This document shows positions 38,408-49,199 of a stretch of DNA of 57,309 nucleotides, one piece after another; within the stretch, counting starts at the first letter, position 1; every line of letters starts with the position of its first letter. The stretch is taken from the IMG/VR virus record IMGVR_UViG_3300005253_002116, positions 1 to 57,309 of that record. One strand, given 5' to 3'. The stretch comes from a virus (lineage: Duplodnaviria > Caudoviricetes). The notes beneath the pieces were generated by a model that saw nothing but the letters and a program-made list of their open reading frames with translations, had not been told where the DNA came from and made no database searches. The position numbers were made by a program, and so were the translations under genes.

Positions 38408-40758
38408 TACGCTATACGCCTCTTGCCGGAGTCCCTCATGTTCACGATGATCTGCTCCATCGACCACCTACGCCCGGAAGTCCCCGTAAGCTTCAGCATA
38501 AATGCTTGGCCGCGACCACCAGGCCTTACTGTTCCATTGAGTCCAGCCACCCAAGTTCCAGTTGCCACGGAAGACGCACTCGTAGCTGCCTCAAAAGTGT
38601 TTCCAGGATGCACGGCCCAAGTTACGTCGCCAACATTCTCGGCAATTTCTGCATCTATGCTGACAATGGTTCCAAATTGACCATCCTTCGCCAACGCTAT
38701 CGGCCCTATGAAGATGTAAGATGCTGGGGTGTTTCCAATGTCATCCTCAGATAAGAAGCTGAAACGACGTAAAATCCCATCGCGACCACCGCAGATGATG
38801 CCGGAATCTTCTATGGCAGTTGCCTGAAGATTGCACGTTGCTGTAGGTTCGTGATCGCCAGTCATCTGGAGGGGCCAAAACGTCTTCCGCTCCCAATTCA
38901 TCCACCAATGTGTGCGAGCATTCGTAGAAGTTTCGGTCAAAAAGATGTGAATTCCGCGATCTTGGACATCATATTCAAGGTTGACTATTGTGTTGTCAGG
39001 ATCGAAATTTAGCATTTCACGCGGGAGCACCTCACGTGAAAGTGAGATCGGAGTGGAGTCTGCACCTGGGGCAAGAACGTAGAGGCCATCCAAAGAGAGA
39101 AAGATCATTTCCCCTTCTGGACCATAAGTCCAAGCGTGCATACCAATGATGCCAATGTTACTGCTGAGATTATCAAGACTGCCGCCAAAGGCCGGATCGC
39201 CACGCATTCTCCATAGTGATTCCCGACAAGCAATAATCAAGTAGTCATCGCTGTGCGGTGCAAGTGCAGTGATTGCCCTGGCTGGTATACCTGCATCCGA
39301 GGCTGGTCCAGCAACAGCACGCTTGCTATCGGTTTGTGAGTAATCCCAATCAAGCTCGTCACCTACTCGTGCCATGTACCAGATACCGGGAGAAATCTCT
39401 GCACCAGCTAGTACGAGGCGATCCAAGTAGCGGGCAACTAGCGGGCAACCAGTTGGGGATCCGCCTGCTCCGTCTGTAGCCGTCAAGATGGACAGCGTGT
39501 CGGCAGCTGGATCGTAGATTTTCGGGGCTCGTTCAATTCGGAAGGTCGCCGTACCGTTGCCGGGGGATGAAGCAAGCGTCACTGTCCCAGAGGCCACAGA
39601 TGATATCTTATACGTCCCGGCAACGGTAGATCCTCCGACGCCTGAAAGAACACAAACGTCATCGTCTGTGAGAATTCCCAGTGTAGTCCAATCAGTATAC
39701 GTTGGTGAATCCAGAGCAGTCCCAGTAATTGTGCCATCCGTTGCTGTCGCCCTGAGGTCACCGTAATCTGCAATGTAGAGTTTCTGCCCGCTCTGGGCCG
39801 TTCCAAGCGGAACATCATTTCGAAGCGTCAGTGAAGATGAGGTCACTGTCATTCGGCCGTAACGAGGTTCCTTCCAGATATTGCCGCCGGCAGATCCTAT
39901 TAAGGTGGACCGCAGCGGAGTAACTGTCCCGGCTGAAGTGTATTGTATCCTAAAGGCATTCACTAGGTTGATGCCGCCGGCTTCGGTTGTTTCAAGCCCG
40001 AAACCCACCCTCAAGCCACTTTGAGCGTCCATAGCTGTCGAAGACAGGATCTCTACGCCGTCCAAGTAGACGACCACATTGTCATTTGTGACCTGGGCTA
40101 TAAGCCATACTGCTCTGGTAGCCCCCCCGACGATGGTGCCGGCAGTCAACGCAGTGGTGGTCCCGGAAGATGACAAATATGAGATCAGATCGCCTGCGTA
40201 GCCGCCGCTGGTCCCGGTCATGGTTAATTCAATGAAAAGGCCATCGGTCGTGTACAAGGGCGTTGTGTCGTCCATGCGTAGGTACATGCGGTATTTACCA
40301 TGGAACGCCCCGTTCCATGGTACGATCATCATTTCAACGGTGTAAACCGTAGACGCCGTGATCGCCGGAGAGACGGTGTCCCGGACGACGGCCCCGTCAG
40401 ACACTGAGGTATCCACGGAGGCCATCTGAGTGAGGATAGACATGCCGTTAGAGGCCCAAGAGGCTGTAGACCATATATCGGCCATGCTAGTGCCACCGAA
40501 CGTATCAGACCACGAGGTGAGCCCTGTGCCAGGGGCCAGCACCATCGGGTGAAGAAAGCGGACTGCGGATCCGAGGCTGTCGATATGGGATCTCAATAAG
40601 CCAGGGCGTGAGCCCCCCCTTTCTCTGCTCTCAAGTTGCCCGATAGGACGGACATTCATGCAATCGAAAGTGGTGTAAGGGGACTGTTGCCGGTAGCCTC
40701 GCTTTCTGTCGAGACCACCGAGAGGGAATACCACACGTTTCGAGACCTTTTTTCCCAT
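38407..40758 (-). CDS. tail nozzle/stabilisation protein (P22 gp10/T7 gp12-like)
   Basis: FPLGG, NVRP..RGGSRPGL N-terminus, propeller-like body; synteny. Confidence 0.7.
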   Translation of the reverse strand: MGKKVSKRVVFPLGGLDRKRGYRQQSPYTTFDCMNVRPIGQLESRERGGSRPGLLRSHIDSLGSAVRFLHPMVLAPGTGLTSWSDTFGGTSMADIWSTASWASNGMSILTQMASVDTSVSDGAVVRDTVSPAITASTVYTVEMMIVPWNGAFHGKYRMYLRMDDTTPLYTTDGLFIELTMTGTSGGYAGDLISYLSSSGTTTALTAGTIVGGATRAVWLIAQVTNDNVVVYLDGVEILSSTAMDAQSGLRVGFGLETTEAGGINLVNAFRIQYTSAGTVTPLRSTLIGSAGGNIWKEPRYGRMTVTSSSLTLRNDVPLGTAQSGQKLYIADYGDLRATATDGTITGTALDSPTYTDWTTLGILTDDDVCVLSGVGGSTVAGTYKISSVASGTVTLASSPGNGTATFRIERAPKIYDPAADTLSILTATDGAGGSPTGCPLVARYLDRLVLAGAEISPGIWYMARVGDELDWDYSQTDSKRAVAGPASDAGIPARAITALAPHSDDYLIIACRESLWRMRGDPAFGGSLDNLSSNIGIIGMHAWTYGPEGEMIFLSLDGLYVLAPGADSTPISLSREVLPREMLNFDPDNTIVNLEYDVQDRGIHIFLTETSTNARTHWWMNWERKTFWPLQMTGDHEPTATCNLQATAIEDSGIICGGRDGILRRFSFLSEDDIGNTPASYIFIGPIALAKDGQFGTIVSIDAEIAENVGDVTWAVHPGNTFEAATSASSVATGTWVAGLNGTVRPGGRGQAFMLKLTGTSGRRWSMEQIIVNMRDSGKRRIA

Positions 40759-40764
40759 GATATG

Positions 40765-40798
40765 AAAACTGGCGACCGAGTTCGACCCGACCGCCAGT
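40765..40798 (-). terminator. intrinsic terminator
   Basis: CTGGCGGTCGGG-TCGAA-CTCGGTCGCCAG-TTTT on the minus strand. Confidence 0.7.
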
Positions 40799-40819
40799 GT
40801 GCCTTTTAATCAGGTTTAG

Positions 40820-41281
40820 TTACTTGTAACTACCATCAGCGAGACAGTCCTCCGGAAAACCATCCTTTTCAACCGGCACGACATTGTCACAATCGCAATC
40901 ATCGGGACAACACTTGAAGAACGGTTCAAGTGCAGAGAGGTCTGCAATTGTAAGAGATTCATCTTTCTTGTCAACTGCATTCACGACTTCCTCAAAATCA
41001 AGATCAAGGGGCTTGAGATCAGATTCAACGAGAAGAATCTCTTGTAGACCAACGATGTACTTCTTAAATTCATCGGTATCCGGTTCAATCTTCACTTCCT
41101 CGCCGGGTTTAGTACCCATGATCTCGTGTACCAAAGCAATACGTTGCTTCTCAACAGCTTCGTGCTCAGCAGCAACTTTCTTTGTGTACATTAAAATCTT
41201 GAAAGCCAACTTCGGCTTCATGCTGACGCCGGATAGCTTTTGCCACGCGGCAATACTCTGAAAGACTTGGGAACACAACAT
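40820..41281 (-). CDS. putative fibre-associated chaperone
   Basis: KLAFKI...R..LV helical protein directly after a fibre-like gene. Confidence 0.5.
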   Translation of the reverse strand: MLCSQVFQSIAAWQKLSGVSMKPKLAFKILMYTKKVAAEHEAVEKQRIALVHEIMGTKPGEEVKIEPDTDEFKKYIVGLQEILLVESDLKPLDLDFEEVVNAVDKKDESLTIADLSALEPFFKCCPDDCDCDNVVPVEKDGFPEDCLADGSYK

Positions 41282-41329
41282 TTCAATACTCCAGGGGTTG
41301 GTGGGTAACAAGCAAAACGAAACAAAAGT

Positions 41330-43210
41330 TTAAGAAAATGTCGGAACTGTACTCGCAAGCAACCAATATTCAACAGTGTTGATCTCAATTCTAATTTTTA
41401 GAGTTGCAGTTCCGTGAGTACCAACGACACCGCCAGCCGCAACAGGATTAGTACCGGAAGCAGGAAGTTGAAAGAGTTGTGCAGCAAGTGTAACATCAAT
41501 TGCACTATCCCAAGCTCCTGCTAGATTCAAACCAGTTGCAGTGCCGGTCGTAATAGCACCGCCAGTAATCAGAATACCATTCGAGGTGGTAGTACCAGCA
41601 GTTTGAGTAATAGCGGGAGTCGCAATTTTAATGCCATTGAATGTGCTGACTCCGGCACCGCTATTATCCATCGCACCCGTAACTGCCACTTCAAGTCCAT
41701 TTAGCGTGATAGTAGCAGTAGTATTCGTATTTTGCGGCAAAGTGATCTTGTAACCAGTAACATTTTGCTCAGAAGTTGCAACAATGTTAGCACCGAAGTC
41801 GAAATTACAACCAATAACTGCACTAGTAAAAGTCGTACCCGAACCAAAGTCGGCCCGAATGAGAGTTCCACTGACCCACTCGGTTTCAAGCTCGAAATCC
41901 AAGAGAGTACCGACAGCGTCCGGTGTAACAGTAATCACATCGAGACAAGTGATAGAAGAACCTGCACAAGCTCCAATCGCGATACCAGTGGTAATAGTTC
42001 CGCTAATGTTGATTGCATCGGTCCAAGTGCCGCTGGTAATATTAATTCCCCTGGCAGTTCCACCAGTGGTAATTGTTCCACCAGTAATCAAGAGAGCAGT
42101 ATTAGTTGCGGTACCACTTGTCTCCGTCATATTACCAAGTGTAATCGACGCACCAACCGAAACAATGGTATCTAGGGTGCAAATGATAGCAGGAGTGATA
42201 ATTTCGATACCAGTAAACGTCGGATCTCCGCTGGTTATGGATGTCATGGTTCCGGTGGAACCATCAACAATAACACCCTTTATGGCCGGGCTGGCTATGC
42301 TATTGTTCGACTCGGGAAGCGTGATGCTTATTCCGGTTACACTCTGCTCAGAACCGGCAGCAATGTTAGTACCGAAATCAAGTTCAAAACCAATCGCTGT
42401 TCCCGTGAATGTAGTGGAGGTGCCAAAATCAGCACGGATAAGAGTTCCGCTGACCCACTGAGTCTCAAGTTCAAAGTCCAAGAGAGTGCCGGCTGCGTCC
42501 GGGGAGATCGTAATCACATCAAGGCACGTGATAGCTGATCCCGTGCAGGTATTGATGATAAGACCAGTGGTCCACGCACCCGCGAGTTCACAGCCTACAG
42601 CAGTCCCAGAGGTAATCGTACCGCCTGTAACGTAGACACCATGCGTGTTGACAGTACCGGCAGTCTGTGTAATTGCCGGAGTTGCAATATCAACACCACG
42701 GAAAGTCGTAGTGCCACTGGTTGTTTGAGCAATAGCACCAGTAACGGCAACCTGAAGACCCTTGAGATCCGCACTTGCGGTATCAATGGTCATTTGCGGC
42801 AAAGTAACGCTTACACCTGTAACGCTTTGCTCTGAACCAACAGCGACGTTGGTGCCGAAATCAAGTTCCATTCCAATGACGGAACCAGTGAAGGTAGTGG
42901 AGGTAGCAAAGTCAGCACGAATCATCGTACCACTTATCCACTCGGTCTCTAAAACGAAATCAAGCAATGTACCAGCGGCAGCCGCAGTAATAGTTGTACC
43001 AAAACCAGGAACGACAAAATTACTCGACGTAACGGAACCTTCATTCACATAAAAGGCGCTTCCGGAACCGCCGTCAGTTTTTTGGAAAATACAACCAGTT
43101 TGGTAGCCATCAGCACTACTCGGTAAGGTTCTGCCGGAAGCAGACAAAAGACCCCTATGAGCAGTAATCGGTGGTAACATTCGGATAAGATCAGCAATTC
43201 GCGGTAGCAT
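41330..43210 (-). CDS. Thr/Gly-rich virion fibre or decoration protein with three internal repeats
   Basis: GTLLDF.LET.W.SGT.IRADF...TTFT occurs three times. Confidence 0.7.
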   Translation of the reverse strand: MLPRIADLIRMLPPITAHRGLLSASGRTLPSSADGYQTGCIFQKTDGGSGSAFYVNEGSVTSSNFVVPGFGTTITAAAAGTLLDFVLETEWISGTMIRADFATSTTFTGSVIGMELDFGTNVAVGSEQSVTGVSVTLPQMTIDTASADLKGLQVAVTGAIAQTTSGTTTFRGVDIATPAITQTAGTVNTHGVYVTGGTITSGTAVGCELAGAWTTGLIINTCTGSAITCLDVITISPDAAGTLLDFELETQWVSGTLIRADFGTSTTFTGTAIGFELDFGTNIAAGSEQSVTGISITLPESNNSIASPAIKGVIVDGSTGTMTSITSGDPTFTGIEIITPAIICTLDTIVSVGASITLGNMTETSGTATNTALLITGGTITTGGTARGINITSGTWTDAINISGTITTGIAIGACAGSSITCLDVITVTPDAVGTLLDFELETEWVSGTLIRADFGSGTTFTSAVIGCNFDFGANIVATSEQNVTGYKITLPQNTNTTATITLNGLEVAVTGAMDNSGAGVSTFNGIKIATPAITQTAGTTTSNGILITGGAITTGTATGLNLAGAWDSAIDVTLAAQLFQLPASGTNPVAAGGVVGTHGTATLKIRIEINTVEYWLLASTVPTFS

Positions 43211-43281
43211 CAGAAAACCCTCTCAATGAAAAAAAGAAAAAAGTCCATCATGGATATAAAACGCCCGAAACCCTCCGTAAG

Positions 43282-43979
43282 TTATGAAGTAGGCATTAGA
43301 GTCGGAGAAGTTCCGATTTTAATGCCCTCAAAAGTTTCCCAACCAAACACTGGGGTATCAGTAGTGTAACCGTTTACGGCCAAGCGTGCCTTAGCTCCCC
43401 TAACTTCGACCCAGTCACCAATTTTATTCAAAAGAATTCCAGTAACATTAACAGCAGCTTCGCCGAATGCAAGATAAGTAGTTGCTTCAGTTTGCATCTG
43501 AAGAACGTAATAGTCGCGATTGGCGTCAGCGGCAATAATTTCCTCTGATGCCGCTCCACTTGTTAATGTTATCGTTCCGGCTGACATTATCGTCGTCTCC
43601 CATTTTTCTTAGGTTTAGGTGGTTTAGGAGTAAGAGCACCAATCAATCCGCCTAAGCCAAAGCCCTCTCTGATTGATTCGCCTACACCTCCGCTCGGAGG
43701 TGGCTTAACCGTAGTAGGTGGTTGTTGTGGTTGTGCAGGCTGCTTGGGCTTTGCTCTTTTGGGGGCTCTGCCGGTAATGGCAGCATTTACAGCAGCACGC
43801 TTTGCCAACCTAAGTTGTTCGGCGGGAGGAGTAGTTCGAGGCATGAACTTTCCCTTGGCAATTGCCGATCTGTATTGACTGTCATTAACGCCGGGTACTT
43901 TCTTACTTCCAGCAACCTCTTTTTGAATCCGCCTCTTTTCCGACTGCGTGTAATTCTTTTTCCCGCTACTGTGTGGCAT
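43282..43979 (-). CDS. two hypothetical structural-region proteins (43587-43979, 43282-43587)
   Basis: TAATG-coupled ORFs. Confidence 0.6.
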
Positions 43980-45016
43980 TATAAGATCCTTGTCCCGTTA
44001 TATGAGTATGAATATGATTCGCCAGTTAAACCACGTCTGAATTCACGCAAGTCCGAAACTTCTCCTTGGCCCATAGGGCCATAATTCTGAGCACTTTGCT
44101 TACGATCTCTTGCAATTGCATCTGCCAATAAAGTCGGAAACAGTTGCGTGTTGATACCGTTTTCGTCATTTGCACGTTGCTCAGCAACCGCAAGGCAACT
44201 TACCGTGTAAAGTTCCGATAACTTCATGCCGCCCTGGGGATACGGAGCACCGTCAGTTAAGATATTCTGGTAGACCTCATACTGATACGTCAGAACCTTA
44301 TAGGCATCTGGTCTTGGATAGAAGAGAATCTCTTGTCGCGTTCCAGTTGTCTGGTCGGATGACTTAGCGTGGATAGCTGCATACTTTGCATAGTCGGTTC
44401 TATCACGAGACGCCCGCATAAGAAGCAACTGTCCAATTGAAACAATCTGAATGCCTGTGCGGTACTCTGCCGTAGCATAGTGCAGGTCTCCAACGATTCG
44501 GCTTGCGTCATCAGGAAGATCGTAATCAGCAGGCGATCGCGTAAGGCGAAAAGTTAAGCTTGTTCCATTCGCTGGAACGGTAGCTCCAGTTCTTGTAGAT
44601 GGGTTATCGAGAGTAATAGCTCCAACCGCAACAGATGCAATTGAATATTCTGCAACCTCAGTGCTTCCAGCACCGACTGTTGAGATGTCGAGATAGTCAT
44701 CGGTTGTAATTCCCTGAGTAACCCAATCCGTAAAAGTAGCCGAGTCAAAGCTCGTCGTGCTGGTTATAACTCCGTCTGTTCCACCAGCACCAAGGTTCAA
44801 AGTTGTAGACGGACGTAGCCACGACCATTCATAGCCAGCTTCTACACCGGGAACTGCCGGCGGAAAGTAAACACGTCGAATACCAGCCTTAACAATGATT
44901 TCAATTTCAGCAAGAACTACAGCACTCCAGCTAGCTTCAGTACGACCATTTCCCAAGTAGTACCCGACCTCGCTTTGGAAATCCGTCCAACCTAGGGCGT
45001 AGGTGGATTCACTCAA
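43979..45016 (-). CDS. head-tail adaptor (tail tubular protein A-like)
   Basis: YEWSWL, DYDLPDD, ILFYPRPD..Y.L.Y.Y pattern; synteny. Confidence 0.7.
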   Translation of the reverse strand: MSESTYALGWTDFQSEVGYYLGNGRTEASWSAVVLAEIEIIVKAGIRRVYFPPAVPGVEAGYEWSWLRPSTTLNLGAGGTDGVITSTTSFDSATFTDWVTQGITTDDYLDISTVGAGSTEVAEYSIASVAVGAITLDNPSTRTGATVPANGTSLTFRLTRSPADYDLPDDASRIVGDLHYATAEYRTGIQIVSIGQLLLMRASRDRTDYAKYAAIHAKSSDQTTGTRQEILFYPRPDAYKVLTYQYEVYQNILTDGAPYPQGGMKLSELYTVSCLAVAEQRANDENGINTQLFPTLLADAIARDRKQSAQNYGPMGQGEVSDLREFRRGLTGESYSYSYNGTRIL

Positions 45017-45033
45017 TGTTCAATCCCTTAAAG

Positions 45034-45079
45034 GGTTGGCAGTCGCAGTAGGGGGAAAACCCTACCACGACTACCCACC
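45034..45079 (-). terminator. long GC-rich hairpin after the head genes (terminator or processing site)
   Basis: GGTAGTCGTGGTAGGG/CCCTACTGCGACTGCC stem with G-U pairs on the minus strand; weak U tail. Confidence 0.55.
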
Positions 45080-45086
45080 AAAAAGT

Positions 45087-45908
45087 CTACGAAGATAAGG
45101 CAGCACCAGTGGTGAAGTCAACAACCCACTGGCCATTAGTATCAAGACCATGCCAGGTGAGAGTCATTTCTTCTAAGTTGGCATTAAACTTAACTGCCGC
45201 GAGGTTGGTTGAACCATCAGCGAGAATACCGCTTGTGACAGTAACTGCAACCTCGTATGACGAATACGTTCCTTCGCAAGCATATCCCTTCCGTTGACCG
45301 GGATAAGTTCCATCAGCTAAAGTATTTGAATGGTCCTGAGAGGCAATAGTAACAGTGCCGATCAGCCACGTCACACCTCCGACCATTAGTACGATAGCAG
45401 TAGGAGCCCCGGCAGTGGGGGTAATAACCTCGATACCACCAGACTGCGGTCCGTCATGAAGGTATGCCAAGCACGGACCAGGCGTGCTGCGGTCAATAGT
45501 CTGGAGCGGAGTCGCAGAACCACGCCCTGGGAAGCCGGCCCGACCGAATGTGCCAGCGGCATCACCACCGGAACCAACCTCAAAAGTCGTGACGCCGACG
45601 CCAATGACATTATTGAAGGAAGAGTGAACATTACAGACACTTCCAGGAAGATTGATCGTAATGAACTGTCCAGCGGTAGAGGCGGCATAAGCCTGATCGG
45701 CTACACCCGCAAAGTGCGGAGCATTCAGGAGAGCAGGAAGCTCAACCCGATTATAGCGAGAAGGTTCACGAGTTGCGGCAGTCCCGTAATCCCAGTTGTA
45801 ACACAATCCTTGCCCTTCATCGAGGGCACCCGTGCCCGCAAACCAGACGCGTTCCTGAAAAGTTTTATCTAGGTCCAGTGGACCGTTGATTGAAAAAGAT
45901 CGTCCCAT
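45087..45908 (-). CDS. capsid decoration/minor head protein
   Basis: Follows the major capsid gene; beta-rich, FAGVA motif. Confidence 0.55.
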   Translation of the reverse strand: MGRSFSINGPLDLDKTFQERVWFAGTGALDEGQGLCYNWDYGTAATREPSRYNRVELPALLNAPHFAGVADQAYAASTAGQFITINLPGSVCNVHSSFNNVIGVGVTTFEVGSGGDAAGTFGRAGFPGRGSATPLQTIDRSTPGPCLAYLHDGPQSGGIEVITPTAGAPTAIVLMVGGVTWLIGTVTIASQDHSNTLADGTYPGQRKGYACEGTYSSYEVAVTVTSGILADGSTNLAAVKFNANLEEMTLTWHGLDTNGQWVVDFTTGAALSS

Positions 45909-45933
45909 TTTTATCTCTCTTTTTTAGTTGAAG

Positions 45934-46098
45934 TTAGTAAGTTTTTGAAGGATTTATCGCCACGTTATCTGAATAAAACTTGCGACGGTAATCTTGCCGG
46001 CACTTCTTGCACATTGCATAAAGTCCTTTTTTTGCACTTTTGCGTTTATAGAATTCATTCTCGGATTTTTCTTCAAGGCATTTAGCACATTGCTTCAT
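45934..46098 (-). pseudogene. zinc-finger remnant typical of HNH/EndoVII homing endonuclease N-termini (54 aa)
   Basis: MKQCAKCLEEK...EFYK......GL...CKKC with no nuclease domain. Confidence 0.55.
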
Positions 46099-46112
46099 GG
46101 TTTTTTCCTTGA

Positions 46113-47156
46113 CTAACCAGCGGTGTTAATAACTGCTTGGTTCCGGAGATTCGTACAAAGCATGTTAAACGAAACATCGAGATCGACTCTTCGCACGTTG
46201 TGCATGTCCGCAACTCTATATGGCGGAGTGAGATTACTTTCCCAACCAGCCATAATTCCAACGACGAGATGCTTCCAATTAAGCATGTAAACAGGAGCAT
46301 CGGTAACAGCGGCACGATCAAGATACGGAACCCAAGTAATCGGAGTACCACGGAAGACAGTTTTACCGTCCTTGCTGGCCATGTCGTTACCGAGATTCAT
46401 ATTCTGTTTTTCGAGTTCCTCTTCCATGATTCCTAAGACGCTGTAAGGGGCGTAAATGCCCCTGCCAGATCCGACAATCGGAGTAGCATGATCTACAATC
46501 GCTCGGAAGTTGGTCTTCGTGTGAGCTTCACGCATTCTACGAATGAGATCAGATTTCGTGATCGCAACATAACGACCCGTCCAGTTGGCCCAACGAGCAT
46601 AGGTACCTTGACTAATGCCGGCTTTTCCAGCTGAGAAACCACTCGGATTTCCACCATTAAAGCCATCAGAAGAACCACTCTTCGTGACCCAATATTCAAT
46701 ACCGAAAGGAGTGATGAGATCGGTAGAAGTAGTCGGAGTTCCCCAGAGGTATTCCTCCATCTTCTCGTAGAAAGAAACCATCATCTCGACATATTTTGCT
46801 TTAACCAGATCCACAATCTTGGTTCCACCACGCTGAAAATCGGGCAACCTGAGATCGTAGATATAGTGAGCATTGACGTGCTTTGCACGAATGCTACCGG
46901 TAACGAGATTGTCCGTATCGGCAGAATTATCAGTCTGATAAAGAGCAACTGCCTTGGCAGAATGATTGTGGTCCATTTGTGCTTGAAAATCCCACGTATC
47001 CCCTCCCTCAAACTTTTTTTGACGTTGCTTCCACATATTGCGAACAGCAACGTGATCTTGATAATCAGTTTGCAAATCTACAAACGCACCACGCTTAACG
47101 AGCTTCTCCTGAGTTACCAGGACTGCGTCAGCGATGCTTTCAAAAGCAATTCCCAT
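46113..47156 (-). CDS. major capsid protein
   Basis: 347 aa after the scaffold; PFGIEYW, FRGTPITWVP, NMLCTN.R.Q motifs. Confidence 0.8.
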   Translation of the reverse strand: MGIAFESIADAVLVTQEKLVKRGAFVDLQTDYQDHVAVRNMWKQRQKKFEGGDTWDFQAQMDHNHSAKAVALYQTDNSADTDNLVTGSIRAKHVNAHYIYDLRLPDFQRGGTKIVDLVKAKYVEMMVSFYEKMEEYLWGTPTTSTDLITPFGIEYWVTKSGSSDGFNGGNPSGFSAGKAGISQGTYARWANWTGRYVAITKSDLIRRMREAHTKTNFRAIVDHATPIVGSGRGIYAPYSVLGIMEEELEKQNMNLGNDMASKDGKTVFRGTPITWVPYLDRAAVTDAPVYMLNWKHLVVGIMAGWESNLTPPYRVADMHNVRRVDLDVSFNMLCTNLRNQAVINTAG

Positions 47157-47252
47157 AGCGTTTTCTCCGTGAAAAAGTATTAGTTGAAAAAAAGAAACCT
47201 AATACAATTACGGACTTCTCTCGCAATTAAAAAACACGGATTTCTCTCGTGT

Positions 47253-48260
47253 CTACTTACCAAGAATAAGGTCAATTTCGCTGGCAAGTTCTACATCTAG
47301 TTCTTCTTCTGTCTGCTTGACAGAAGCCTTTGTTCTATTTACTCTTTGGATATGCTGGGTGGATTGTTGTTTGAGTTGCTTTGACAGCGTTTCGTCTTTG
47401 ACTGATGTGAACTTCTCAGGAAACATCTGTTGCGAAGCCATTTTGAAAACATCAGAGCGATTTGGAGCTTGCATACCTTGAGCTTCGTAACCGGAGATCA
47501 ATACACTCATTTGGCTTGCAATCTTATCTCTGTTGGCGAATTCAACGCTTCCTTGGTTAAGGCCGTTGTAATCACCTTCCCCGAAAACATCTTTGAAGTC
47601 ATCGCCGAGTCCAGTGAACTCGCTATCAAACCATTGTGTAATTTCGTTCCTATCTGTTTCTTGATTTACGGTTTGAATGTGCTCTTGATTCGCCTGAAGT
47701 TGCTGAAGCTGCTCGTGTTGATTTTTGGCGATATTCGTCATGTAATCAAACTTCGCAACTACCTCGGGGTCAAAGTCATCAGGATTGAGTTTTGGCAAGT
47801 TCGCAAACGGATCAGCGGGCTCTTTGGTATCTGGATGAATTGCAGATTGCTGTGCTTGAAATTCATATTGTCTCTGCTGTTGTTTTTGAATCTCCAGTTT
47901 ATAAGAGAAGTCATTAAGAGACTCTTCGGTCCCGAACGATTGTGCCTCAGAGAACGTAAGTCCGTTTCCCATTGCTCTGATAATAGATTGGTTGCTGATG
48001 GATTGTTCAGCAGGATCTTCTTCAACACTATATTTTCCAAGAGTATCCTCATCGGAATCTTCAGGAGTATCCTCTGATTCTAGTGTTTCAACACCGTCTT
48101 GAGTATCCTCTTGAGCTTCTTCTTGAGTATCCTCTTGCTTTTTTTCTATCTCTACTTCGGCTGGAACTTCAACCTCTTCAACAGCACCTTCTGAAACCAC
48201 GGTGGTTTCATCAATGGCGGCATCAATTTCTTTTTCAAGTTGTTCAGAAATTTCGGGCAT
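47253..48260 (-). CDS. capsid scaffolding protein
   Basis: Highly acidic N-terminus and coiled coil; immediately upstream of the capsid gene. Confidence 0.7.
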   Translation of the reverse strand: MPEISEQLEKEIDAAIDETTVVSEGAVEEVEVPAEVEIEKKQEDTQEEAQEDTQDGVETLESEDTPEDSDEDTLGKYSVEEDPAEQSISNQSIIRAMGNGLTFSEAQSFGTEESLNDFSYKLEIQKQQQRQYEFQAQQSAIHPDTKEPADPFANLPKLNPDDFDPEVVAKFDYMTNIAKNQHEQLQQLQANQEHIQTVNQETDRNEITQWFDSEFTGLGDDFKDVFGEGDYNGLNQGSVEFANRDKIASQMSVLISGYEAQGMQAPNRSDVFKMASQQMFPEKFTSVKDETLSKQLKQQSTQHIQRVNRTKASVKQTEEELDVELASEIDLILGK

Positions 48261-48275
48261 TTTCTTTCCTGCGGG

Positions 48276-48671
48276 TTAGGAGAATGAGTTACGATCATAC
48301 ATTCCGCGACATTTCAGAGCTTTCTTCCTGTGGGCTGCTGACGTGTAAATGGGTTCTCCATCTTCCGATACCTCGGTAGGACAACCGCGAGCTTTTAGAT
48401 GGTCTCTAAGCTCTTGGGCTTGAGTGGGATGCACCCCACTTCCTACACACGGCTCCATGGGCCACGGGTTCTGACGTCGCCGCTGTTGAGTCCGGTTCTC
48501 GCTACCTCTCACTGAGAGGTGCATTCCGGTTACCTCAGCTTGACGATTTCTGAAAACCTGCAAGCTATATCCATTTTCTTCGACAAATATTTTATCTGGA
48601 GCTTCTCCGGCTGGAAATTCTCTATCAAAAATTTTTGAACTTTCCGGTGCTGTGTAGCAATAAGTGGGCAT
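48276..48671 (-). CDS. conserved portal-scaffold intergenic protein (FmdB-like MPTY start)
   Basis: MPTYCY start; GVHP.Q, G.PIYTS..HRKK. Confidence 0.65.
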   Translation of the reverse strand: MPTYCYTAPESSKIFDREFPAGEAPDKIFVEENGYSLQVFRNRQAEVTGMHLSVRGSENRTQQRRRQNPWPMEPCVGSGVHPTQAQELRDHLKARGCPTEVSEDGEPIYTSAAHRKKALKCRGMYDRNSFS

Positions 48672-48673
48672 TA

Positions 48674-49199
48674 TTATAATTCGCGTTGTTCCTGATCGAT
48701 TTCTCTTTCTCTTTCTCTATCCCGAAGAAGTAATACTCCGCTACAAATATAAATTGTATCCGGAGCCTCTCCAATTTGGAAATCACGGTAAAGAATAGCA
48801 CCATGCGAATATCTATAACAATAAGTAAGAGTGGGCATCTTTTGCTAGCCTTTTTCTTCAGGCTCTAATTCGGGAAGAGATTTGAGAATATGTTCAATTC
48901 CATCCTTCATATCATGCAATAATTCCCCTGCATTTCTCTTTGCTAATTTAAGAATCAATTCAACTGAATAGTGCAATTCTTGATTGAGAGTTCCCATTGC
49001 TTCATTATACCATACTTTTCTGTTTTTTCAAAGCAAAAAATAGGCATATTTAGAAATCACTCTTGTTGACAGGAGTGAAATCTTCATCTAAAAATAAGGC
49101 ACCAGTTTTATAAGTAACAATCTGATCAGGAGCCTCTCCTTCTGGAAATTCCAAGAAGTAGCGATCCCCAAAAACTGTAGTGTACCCGTGGACTTTCAT
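48674..49199 (-). CDS. three microproteins (49050-49199, 48845-48997, 48674-48838); two are paralogues of the 48276-48671 N-terminus
   Basis: F..GEAPD.I motif in 48674-48838 and 49050-49199. Confidence 0.6.

Noticed and set aside
41330-43210. Internal repeats as DGR template/variable regions
   Set aside because: Repeats are in-frame protein repeats, differences are not adenine-specific, and no reverse transcriptase is present.
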